From the NCBI GenBank assembly GCA_046497275.1, contig JAWOFX010000169.1, positions 1 through 12,367 on the forward strand: a stretch of DNA of 12,367 nt. Direction: 5' to 3'. A model generated the notes under the pieces. It was not told the origin of the DNA and searched no databases. It worked only from the letters and a program-made list of their open reading frames with translations. Shown piece by piece: positions 1 through 7,919 of the stretch (its first letter is position 1; each line of letters begins with the position of its first letter). The DNA is from Promethearchaeia archaeon (GTDB taxonomy: Archaea > Asgardarchaeota > Lokiarchaeia > Sigyniarchaeales > SOKP01). The translations under genes were made by a program, and so were the position numbers.

Positions 1-338
1 TGGAGTTTTAATTTTTATAAAAATGTATTATTTTAGAATAAATTTTTAAAATTTAATATAGGTCATATAGCTAATGGCTACATAATAAGACTCATATGAT
101 AAAGTAGAATATATTAATCTATTCAAATTAAACAGCTCAATATAGTTAATGTACTCCTTATAATTATATTAATTTGAGTTAATTTATTAACCCTTTTTTT
201 TATTGAAAAAATTCCATCTATTATTATGTATGTAGTTTTATCAATCATTTATAAATATATTTTATTAGATCGTAAATTGGAACATTTGAAAATTTCAATA
301 TTTCAAATCTCTTTCGGAGAAATAGGAATGGTAAATTT

Positions 339-2288
339 TTAAACCCCAATTTTTTTGGATTGATGATTGATGTAAAAAAATACTCCTCCACTTGTTCCAA
401 GAATAGAATCAAATATTACAAGCATTAAAATAAATAAGAATTGGCTACTCTTTTCTGATAAGATAAAATCTCCGATTATTAACTTTTCAAGTGTAATAAA
501 ATCGGTTAAAAAAAAGATCACAATTAGCAATATTAAAGCAAAAAATACCAATTGAATGATGCCGATTATTTCATTAAATATAAATATAAATCGCTTTTCC
601 CTTTCACTCAACTCAATAATTTGTCCTTCCTCAGTTTGAATGACTACCTCTTTACTCCTTTCCTTCTTTAAAATATAATAAAGAATCTCTTTTAGTGGAA
701 CTATTTCAAAGAAAACAGTTATTAATGAAAAAAGGCATATTGTAGAAATAATACTTATTAGGATATTAGTAAAAATAGGATTTATAGCTTCTATTTGTCC
801 TCCAACGCTAATGATTAAGATAAAAAAGCCCGTAACTAGTGTAAAGAAAAATTTAAGACCAGTTAAAGTTAGTTGTACTGAAGGATTATCCGAGATAGAA
901 ATAAAATAAAAAGAAAAGCCGACAGCCAGAATTATTAATCCAAGCATTAGATTTGACAACGCAAAAAAAAATGCTGTAATTAAAAAAATGGTTCCATAAA
1001 TTCGCTTTTTACTGCTAAAAAATAAATATAGGATTAATCCAATAAACAACCAAATTATTGGAACGAAAATAATAGATAGTTCTATATTCATAATAAGTAA
1101 TCCACTCAAAACCATAGCTAAAATTGTACTATAGGGATGGAGAGGTACTTTAAAAGTATCTTCAGAATACATTTTCTTTTTCGTTTTTCTAAATTTAAAT
1201 ACGGTTAAAGCTAAGCTATTAATTATAATCATATAAGCGACAACAGTAATAGATGCAAAAAATTCTACTTGACCCGATAGTACTATTAATATCAAGATAA
1301 TTGATGATAACTTTATAGCTTTCACAGGTGCATTAGCATCCGCATCTATTTCAGCATATTTTCGATCCGTGAAGTCATTGATGGAAAGCCCGACAAGGTT
1401 GCGAGACTGCGCCATTAGAGATATTCCAAGAGTAGTTAATAGAGAAAAAATAGCGCCTAAATAAACTATAAAATAAATAATATTATTAGTTGACACAGCA
1501 TCTAAGAATGCAATTTCACTTTGTTGTATACTATTTAAATCTGTTGAAATATATAATGAAATAATAACCAAAAGATAAATCACTGTTGTAATTGAGATCA
1601 TCATATAATAAGCTTTAGGAATATTCTTACGGGGTTTTTCTACTTCTTCTGCTATGGTACAAATGTCTTCAAATCCAATAAATATAACAAATAATAATGC
1701 TGCGGCAGGTATTATTGCAAATATTCCATTGGGAAAGAAATATTCAAGATTCCAATCAATTGATGGATTAGGGTTAAGAAATAAAAAAATTGAACCAATA
1801 ATAAGAGAAAGAACTAAAGAAGTTGTTAATGGAATCTGAATCCTTGATAAAAATCTTGACCCTTTAAGATTAACATAAGCCATCAGGAGAACAAAACCAA
1901 TTGCAAGGGGAGTAATAAGATATTCATTGAGGTTGAGAAAGGATACTATAAAAGACCCTAAAGTATGGGCAACTAGTGCACCATACGACATATTAGCGAG
2001 CCAAGTTAACCAACCGAGGTATAATGCTTTTTCACCATATGCCTCTTTAACATATACAAAGCTTCCTCCGTTTATGGGTTTAACACTTATTACTTCTGAA
2101 TAAAAACTAACAGCAATAAATGAAAATAAAGAACCTATAATAAGGGATATAATTGTAGCGGGACCCGCGATTTGCCCTGTAAGTCCTAATAACGAATATA
2201 TACCAGCCCCAGTTAGAGCACCAATTCCCAAAATTGTGAGTGAAAAAAGTTTTACTTTTTCGATGTGTTCTGTGAAGTTTTCGCCCAT
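339..2288 (-). CDS. APC-superfamily amino acid permease with additional C-terminal membrane domain
   Basis: 649-aa ORF. It has TM1 GIGALTGAGIY, loop GGSFVYVKEAYG, TM6 FIGFEDICTIAEEVEKPRKNIPKA, TM8 QSR and C-terminal FKVPLHP, all typical of APC/cationic amino acid permeases. About 220 extra hydrophobic residues follow aa 430. Confidence 0.9.
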   Translation of the reverse strand: MGENFTEHIEKVKLFSLTILGIGALTGAGIYSLLGLTGQIAGPATIISLIIGSLFSFIAVSFYSEVISVKPINGGSFVYVKEAYGEKALYLGWLTWLANMSYGALVAHTLGSFIVSFLNLNEYLITPLAIGFVLLMAYVNLKGSRFLSRIQIPLTTSLVLSLIIGSIFLFLNPNPSIDWNLEYFFPNGIFAIIPAAALLFVIFIGFEDICTIAEEVEKPRKNIPKAYYMMISITTVIYLLVIISLYISTDLNSIQQSEIAFLDAVSTNNIIYFIVYLGAIFSLLTTLGISLMAQSRNLVGLSINDFTDRKYAEIDADANAPVKAIKLSSIILILIVLSGQVEFFASITVVAYMIIINSLALTVFKFRKTKKKMYSEDTFKVPLHPYSTILAMVLSGLLIMNIELSIIFVPIIWLFIGLILYLFFSSKKRIYGTIFLITAFFFALSNLMLGLIILAVGFSFYFISISDNPSVQLTLTGLKFFFTLVTGFFILIISVGGQIEAINPIFTNILISIISTICLFSLITVFFEIVPLKEILYYILKKERSKEVVIQTEEGQIIELSEREKRFIFIFNEIIGIIQLVFFALILLIVIFFLTDFITLEKLIIGDFILSEKSSQFLFILMLVIFDSILGTSGGVFFYINHQSKKIGV

Positions 2289-2309
2289 AGCAAGGTCTCT
2301 CTTTTTTGC

Positions 2310-2316
2310 TATTTAA
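2310..2316 (-). promoter_or_regulatory. Candidate archaeal TATA box (TTAAATA) for the APC permease
   Basis: TTAAATA on the minus strand lies 22-28 nt upstream of the ATG at 2288, the spacing expected for a leaderless or very short-leader transcript. Confidence 0.5.
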
Positions 2317-2578
2317 GATTTTAATATTTAAAAATTTTCGTTAAATAAAAAATTTGTTTTAAATAAGAATGAATTAAATCCTAATTTAATAAAATTATTT
2401 AGCCAATACCCTTAATCTTTCTTTTTCTGCTATTTAACAATTTCTAGATACATAATTTCAAATGCAAATCCTTTATGCAAAAGACTAAAGATTAGTGTCG
2501 GCTATAAAAGCCTAATATTAATATCTACTCGAAGTACATTATTGGATAAAGAAATAGATGTGAAAACAATAATAATAT

Positions 2579-4057
2579 TTATTTTTGCAACTTTATTTTA
2601 AGAAATAAATGAAATGCACGAGGACCAAAAGTTACTAATATATAAAAATTCTCTCTTCCTCCAATATTTAATCTACCATCTGAAATTGGTAATATTATCT
2701 GTCTGGTTCCATAATTGGTTGCCAAATCGTGATCAAATCTGTTAAAATCAGCCCTATTCTCCAAGGCTCTGACAGTATGAAAATATTCAGAACTATCATC
2801 TCTCGAGAGTTCAGCAAATTTAAAATGGAGATCTAAATAGTTTCCATACTCATGTTCGTTTGTAATTAGAGTGGTTGTACTATGATATGATTTTAGAAAT
2901 AATGTACCCTCTTTATATTCGGGAAATCTTTGCTTGGCAGTACTAAAAATTTCTTTGATAATATTTGTGAGGAATATTAACTGTGTTATACTATAACTCC
3001 TTAATTTTAGTTTATATGAAATATTAATCTCATTTTCGTTTTCTAAGACTTTTTCTTGTTTGATATCTAATAGAGTTTTAAACATATGCTTCTTTTCCTC
3101 TGGAATTTCATAGATATTGGAATTAAGCCGAGCAGCATTTCTGAAAACCCACGTTCTTAATAAAGATTTTTGAGAAAAAGAGAGATCTTCCGTTGCCTCC
3201 AACAATCCTCTATATATCTGTGATATCTCTAGAGTGGGACTTGCGCTACCGACTATTATCCTATGCCATGTATTTTGGATAAATCCATCTATAGAGAATA
3301 GATTTTTAAAGTATTTTGTAGGAGTCATTCCACCTATACATCTTGGATCCAGTTCGAGCCAAAGATTATTATAATAACGCATTAATTGGTAATATAAGCC
3401 CAAATCTCCCGATATATCTAGCCCACTTAGTATAATCCGGATATCAAGATGATTACTTACAAATGATTGAATAATTTCCTTGGAAATAAATCCACTATAA
3501 TAATTGGGAAAAAATATATTTCCAATATCTATTTTTAGAAATAAACATTCTTTTTTTACATAGTCTAATAATCTATTGAGTTGAGTATTATCAAGATTAT
3601 TCAAATCAAGCATCGTGTATGAGGGATAAAGAACTATTCCTACGACATCAATTATTTCGTTAATCTCTTTGATCTTCTGAGCTAAGTTCTCATTCTGTGT
3701 TGTTAAAGTAAAGGATAGGATTGCCTTGAACAATTCTGGAGCTTTTTTTGCGACATTTAAGAGGTCTTTATTTTCTATTCCATATTCCCTACCCAAATTC
3801 AAAGCTTGAAGAAATGCTAATTCTATATTAGAACACTGCAATTCAACTTTAAGATCATCCAGATTAAGATTTCGATGATAAAAATAAGGATGTCCTTCTG
3901 CGTTTTTTAAGGAAAGTAAATTTTTTAGTTTATCAGATTTTTCACAATTCTTAAATATGGGCCACATCAAACTATCAATTTGAGGATATAAGAAAGCATT
4001 GCCGAATCTTTCACCAAAAATACATGAATAATCTGGTTGATATAATCGTTCGATCAT
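2579..4057 (-). CDS. Fusion: degenerate Amidohydrolase_2-like TIM barrel (aa ~25-312) + YjbQ/UPF0047 (secondary thiamine-phosphate synthase family) domain (aa ~344-490)
   Basis: The C-terminus has YjbQ-type motifs GTLFLKSYHSTTTLITNE, EYFH, LPISDGRLNIG and FGPR. The N-terminus follows the Amidohydrolase_2 motif order (IDS.., GIVLYP, IDIG, IILSG, NLWLE, RIIVGSASP, RNAARL) without the metal ligands. Confidence 0.75.
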   Translation of the reverse strand: MIERLYQPDYSCIFGERFGNAFLYPQIDSLMWPIFKNCEKSDKLKNLLSLKNAEGHPYFYHRNLNLDDLKVELQCSNIELAFLQALNLGREYGIENKDLLNVAKKAPELFKAILSFTLTTQNENLAQKIKEINEIIDVVGIVLYPSYTMLDLNNLDNTQLNRLLDYVKKECLFLKIDIGNIFFPNYYSGFISKEIIQSFVSNHLDIRIILSGLDISGDLGLYYQLMRYYNNLWLELDPRCIGGMTPTKYFKNLFSIDGFIQNTWHRIIVGSASPTLEISQIYRGLLEATEDLSFSQKSLLRTWVFRNAARLNSNIYEIPEEKKHMFKTLLDIKQEKVLENENEINISYKLKLRSYSITQLIFLTNIIKEIFSTAKQRFPEYKEGTLFLKSYHSTTTLITNEHEYGNYLDLHFKFAELSRDDSSEYFHTVRALENRADFNRFDHDLATNYGTRQIILPISDGRLNIGGRENFYILVTFGPRAFHLFLKIKLQK

Positions 4058-4079
4058 ACTTGTATGAAATGTGTATTGC

Positions 4080-4088
4080 TTTTAAATA
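4080..4088 (-). promoter_or_regulatory. Candidate TATA box (TATTTAAAA) for the amidohydrolase-YjbQ fusion
   Basis: TTTAAAA on the minus strand lies 23-29 nt upstream of the ATG at 4057. Confidence 0.45.
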
Positions 4089-4114
4089 ATTAATCTTAGA
4101 AAATTATATATTAA

Positions 4115-4822
4115 TTATAAATATTCCAACTTGAATTCAAAAATGCTTTTTAGTTGTTGGACGATATCTTTTAATAAAGTAAACTCCTCTTCCAGAAAAT
4201 TGTGGGATTTTAAATAATAAATCTCAACAGAAAGAGAATTCTCATAGATTTTACTTCCATAGGATATTTTCCATGGCGTTTCCTCATAATTTTTTGAAAA
4301 ATATTCCTTTCCTTGGAAAATTATTTTAGCAGAAACATCCTCAGGAAATTGAAATCCAACTCTCAAATTTTTCAATACGTCTTTAAAGATATCATCAACA
4401 GCACTAATCGGCTGACATAAAACATTTGAAATTTTATATAAACAATCTAATTCCTTTACTCGTTCTCTCAATTTTCTCTCAGAATTAGCAAGTTTTTCAG
4501 TAAGAATTGTTAAAACTATTCCGATTAAAATGAAGAATAAAACCCTGATTAAATTATCGAATAAATATTCCAAGTGGAAAGTTCTCGTAATGAAAGGTAA
4601 AAATATTAAAATGATTGATAAAATCCCTACAATTATTAATCCATGCTTTTTCCACCATAATATCGATATTGTAATTGGTAGGTAAAAGAAATGCGAAAAG
4701 ATAATATCTGTATCGAAATAAAGATTGAAATAAAATGTTATAAATAGTGAAATTAGAACTAAAATACACATAAGTACTGCTCTATATAGATTAGACTTGT
4801 TTTCTTCAAAATATTTTTTCAT
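4115..4822 (-). CDS. Membrane sensor-like protein: ~4 TM (DUF4118/KdpD-TM-like) + coiled coil + GAF-like domain, no output domain
   Basis: Four hydrophobic helices (with FSHFFYLPI..WW..G) in aa 15-108 are followed by LRERVKELDCLYKIS...FQFPE...AKI...Y...ETPW...VEIYY...FLEEE..LL. This pattern is familiar from GAF-like modules of archaeal and deltaproteobacterial sensor kinases. Confidence 0.65.
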   Translation of the reverse strand: MKKYFEENKSNLYRAVLMCILVLISLFITFYFNLYFDTDIIFSHFFYLPITISILWWKKHGLIIVGILSIILIFLPFITRTFHLEYLFDNLIRVLFFILIGIVLTILTEKLANSERKLRERVKELDCLYKISNVLCQPISAVDDIFKDVLKNLRVGFQFPEDVSAKIIFQGKEYFSKNYEETPWKISYGSKIYENSLSVEIYYLKSHNFLEEEFTLLKDIVQQLKSIFEFKLEYL

Positions 4823-4971
4823 TTACTTTAAAATTATTCAAAAAATTATTAAAATTATAATAAGATTAACAAAAGAAATTAGTTATTTACAATTTTTAAA
4901 CTAAATGTATTCTTAATCATTTTAATGATATTATTATAAATTCATAAAATAATAATAAAACGCGTAGATTT

Positions 4972-6963
4972 ATGGTTTTAAAAAGTAGGTTTAGAAATAT
5001 CAAGGATGGTTACCCTATAATCATTAAACCCAATATTGGACAACCCATTTTATTAAATTTAAACCAGTTAAAGGCTAATATTCGAGATAATGGAGATAGT
5101 ATTAAGTTTGAAATGTTAATTTTAGCAAATTCCTCCTTTAAAAAAGAAGATATAGAGAGAATTTTTTCCAATAGAACATATATACAACCACTTTTAAAAG
5201 ATCACGGAGAATTCCAAGAGAGACGAGGAAGTAAAAAAAAAGTTGAGATAAATTCTGCTATTAGATTAGATTTTATTGATTTCAGGACAGAAGAGTATGC
5301 CTCTGAGGAGTTATGTGAAGTATGGGACATCAATCGTACATTAAAGAAAAGGGAACGAAAGGCATCCAAACGAAAACAACTTTTTAAATGTCATGTTGAA
5401 ATAGATATATCGCCAGAGATTTTAGAAATTTTAAAACAAAATTCTTTTATTTTATTTGATTTAATTGTGAAATACCCTCAGATAAACCAAAGTAGAACCA
5501 ATTATCATAGTATAGCGATTTATGATAAGGAATGGACAGAATTTAACTTTATTCATGCTTCGGATACTCATATCGCAAGAAGAAATGATTTTATCCATAA
5601 ATATCTTAAAGTAAAGGAATTAAAGAGAATTAAAAAAAACTTAAAAAAAGGAGAAAAACAAACATCCTATTTATTGGATAGAGAATTTCAGTTTAAAGAG
5701 GAATTTCAAGAAGAGAATCTTGAACGGTTTAGGCATGGTAAATATAATTTCAATAGCAATTTAAGGCTTTTCATATCCACCGTGAATGAAATGAGCAGAA
5801 AGGGAATCTTAGATTTTATAATTATTACAGGGGATCTTGTAGATTATGTTGACACCGCTAATAATGATGAATATTATGATAATAATTTCCAATTTTTTTT
5901 AGATATTCTCTTAGGTGTTAATCGAGATCCCAATTTGAACGATAAAGAGCTTCTAAATATAACTGAATTAACAGTTCCAATTTTTACGACAATTGGGAAT
6001 CATGATTATCGAAAAGGTCACTACAGCATAAAAGCGGGCAATCTATTCAAGAGATTTGGATTAAAGAATTTGGATATCAAAGACTATAAAGACGAGAAGT
6101 TTTTTAATTATTTTAAGGCAATATATTCAAGGACCAAGTTTTTAAAAGATTATTTAATGTATATAAATCCTAATCTGAATTTTAAAGTCGAAATAGGAGA
6201 TGAAATTTCTCTAATTTTTTTAGATACTGGAATCGATTCAATAGCAGATATTTTTGGAGTATTGAGAAGCGCTCCAAGTACACGAGGATTAAAAAAATAT
6301 CAAATAGATCTGCTTAGAAGATTTATTCAACAATCTAAAGATAGACATATTCTATTATTTATGCATGCCCCCCCATTATCCCCCAATCTTGGACCATGGA
6401 AAAAATGGAGTTTACGAAAAAAATTTAATTTAGACAGAAATATAGAGTGGTACGATTTTTATAAGCCAAATATTAAAAAATATACAGGAAGTAAACGAAT
6501 AGATTCGATTTTAAATTTTAAATATCAGACAATAATGTATAGATGGAGAACATTAATGGAAATATTATCTGGATCAGATGAGATAATTAAGAGAAAAATA
6601 GATATGGTTTTTTGTGGTCATACACATACTTTAAAAGAATTTAGGATTGAGGAGGCTAAAGATTTTGAGAAGAAAAAAGTTAACTATGGATTTTATTTTG
6701 TACCTTATTATATAGATGTTCCTTGTAAGATATATACTAACAGATATAGAGATATCTTCGAATTATTTGATGATGATATAAATAGAGAAAGCTGGTTTGA
6801 TGCTAAGAAACCTTTTATTTTTCAAACGCAAGGATTAGGTCCATTATCTTCAAAATTTAAAGTTAAACCTCCTGGGTTTCGATTAATATCAATAAAAAAT
6901 AATCATATATCCAATGTAAAAGTCTATTCAATGCATTTAAAAGAAAATGATTTGAGAAATTAA
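4972..6963 (+). CDS. Large calcineurin-like metallophosphoesterase (MPP superfamily)
   Basis: All five MPP motifs are present in order: SDTH (D198/H200), TGDLVD (D288), GNHD (N343/H344), MH (H465), GHTH (H550/H552). No signal peptide or TM segment is evident. Confidence 0.88.
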   Translation: MVLKSRFRNIKDGYPIIIKPNIGQPILLNLNQLKANIRDNGDSIKFEMLILANSSFKKEDIERIFSNRTYIQPLLKDHGEFQERRGSKKKVEINSAIRLDFIDFRTEEYASEELCEVWDINRTLKKRERKASKRKQLFKCHVEIDISPEILEILKQNSFILFDLIVKYPQINQSRTNYHSIAIYDKEWTEFNFIHASDTHIARRNDFIHKYLKVKELKRIKKNLKKGEKQTSYLLDREFQFKEEFQEENLERFRHGKYNFNSNLRLFISTVNEMSRKGILDFIIITGDLVDYVDTANNDEYYDNNFQFFLDILLGVNRDPNLNDKELLNITELTVPIFTTIGNHDYRKGHYSIKAGNLFKRFGLKNLDIKDYKDEKFFNYFKAIYSRTKFLKDYLMYINPNLNFKVEIGDEISLIFLDTGIDSIADIFGVLRSAPSTRGLKKYQIDLLRRFIQQSKDRHILLFMHAPPLSPNLGPWKKWSLRKKFNLDRNIEWYDFYKPNIKKYTGSKRIDSILNFKYQTIMYRWRTLMEILSGSDEIIKRKIDMVFCGHTHTLKEFRIEEAKDFEKKKVNYGFYFVPYYIDVPCKIYTNRYRDIFELFDDDINRESWFDAKKPFIFQTQGLGPLSSKFKVKPPGFRLISIKNNHISNVKVYSMHLKENDLRN

Positions 6964-7919
6964 CTTTGTTTCATAAATTCTCTAACTTCTTCATAGCTAT
7001 TATCAGACATAGGTCCGAAATTTCTAACTTTTAATGCACCGACGGCATTTGCAAATTTTCCAATTTCATAAAGATTCCATTCTTTTAAAAACCCAACAAT
7101 AAATGCTCCTCCAAAAGAGTCTCCAGCACCTGTAGGATCGATTTGCCGCACCTTATATGCAGGTATTTTTATACCTTCATTCTCTTGCTTTGAAAAAATT
7201 CTAGATCCATCGCTTCCTTGTTTTAAAACTACAATTTCAGGACCATTTTCTAATAAATTGCGACAAGCTTCTATTTCACCATCTACTCTTGCTAGCATTT
7301 CTGCTTCCTCACCACTTGGGAGTAGGATTTTTGTCTGTTTAAGTACTGGCATAGAAATATCCAATATCTTCTCAATTTCAAGCATTTCAGGTCTTAAGTT
7401 TGGATCGAAGCTTATTATTACATCTGGATTTTGTTTTTTCGCAATATCTAATGCTTTATAGCATGCTTCTCTTGATTGCTCGCTAATTGACAAAGCACTT
7501 CCCATGATATGTAAGGCTTTGATATCAGAAAAGTATTCTTCTGAGAGATCATCTACAGATGTGTTTCCAGCAGCTCCAGCAGAAAATATAAATTTTCTTG
7601 AACCATCCGAATTATATTGATTAAATGCAATCCCCGTAGTTTGCTGATTCTCAACTCTTATATAGGAGGTGTCTATACCATCTTTTTTCATTTTTTCTAT
7701 AATGCATTCACCAAATTCATCATTTCCAACAACACCAATATAACCCGTTGAGATATTAAATGGTTTTGCCATTCTCGCAGCTGAGTCAATAAAAATAGCA
7801 GGAGCTCCACTTGGATAAGGACCTTTATAGATACCGCCAATTCTTCCGTGAGGGACATCCACATCATCGCGCATAATTTCTACTAATAATTCTCCTAAAG
7901 ATATAATATTTGGACTCAT
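6960..7919 (-). CDS. PfkB/ribokinase-family carbohydrate kinase
   Basis: N-terminal IISLGELLVE, PSGAPAI, GVVGNDEFG, SFDPNLRP and the PfkB anion-hole signature DPTGAGDSFGGAF with its catalytic Asp. Confidence 0.93.
   Translation of the reverse strand: MSPNIISLGELLVEIMRDDVDVPHGRIGGIYKGPYPSGAPAIFIDSAARMAKPFNISTGYIGVVGNDEFGECIIEKMKKDGIDTSYIRVENQQTTGIAFNQYNSDGSRKFIFSAGAAGNTSVDDLSEEYFSDIKALHIMGSALSISEQSREACYKALDIAKKQNPDVIISFDPNLRPEMLEIEKILDISMPVLKQTKILLPSGEEAEMLARVDGEIEACRNLLENGPEIVVLKQGSDGSRIFSKQENEGIKIPAYKVRQIDPTGAGDSFGGAFIVGFLKEWNLYEIGKFANAVGALKVRNFGPMSDNSYEEVREFMKQS

Noticed and set aside
123-248. 41-codon minus-strand ORF ending in TGA (MIDKTTYIII...SCLI)
   Set aside because: Short, with low-complexity Ile/Lys/Asn composition and no motif. 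Reading through the TGA hits TAA two codons later, so it is not a selenoprotein candidate.
210-248. ATGA...GA on the minus strand downstream of the permease as a possible SECIS
   Set aside because: The helix between the putative kink-turn motifs does not pair, and no gene here has an in-frame UGA.
1654-1839. 61-aa plus-strand ORF from the track
   Set aside because: Antisense shadow inside the APC permease with no recognisable motif.
2455-2520. GCAAA...GCAAAAG...GCCTAA resembling a c-di-GMP-I riboswitch
   Set aside because: No P1/P2 pairing or GNRA/receptor could be built, and it is on the opposite strand to the downstream gene.
4554-4769. 71-aa minus-strand ORF from the track
   Set aside because: Alternative frame nested in the sensor gene. 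It is Phe/Ile/Tyr-rich as expected from AT-rich membrane-protein DNA.
7258-7461. 67-aa plus-strand ORF from the track
   Set aside because: Ser-rich antisense shadow of the PfkB kinase.
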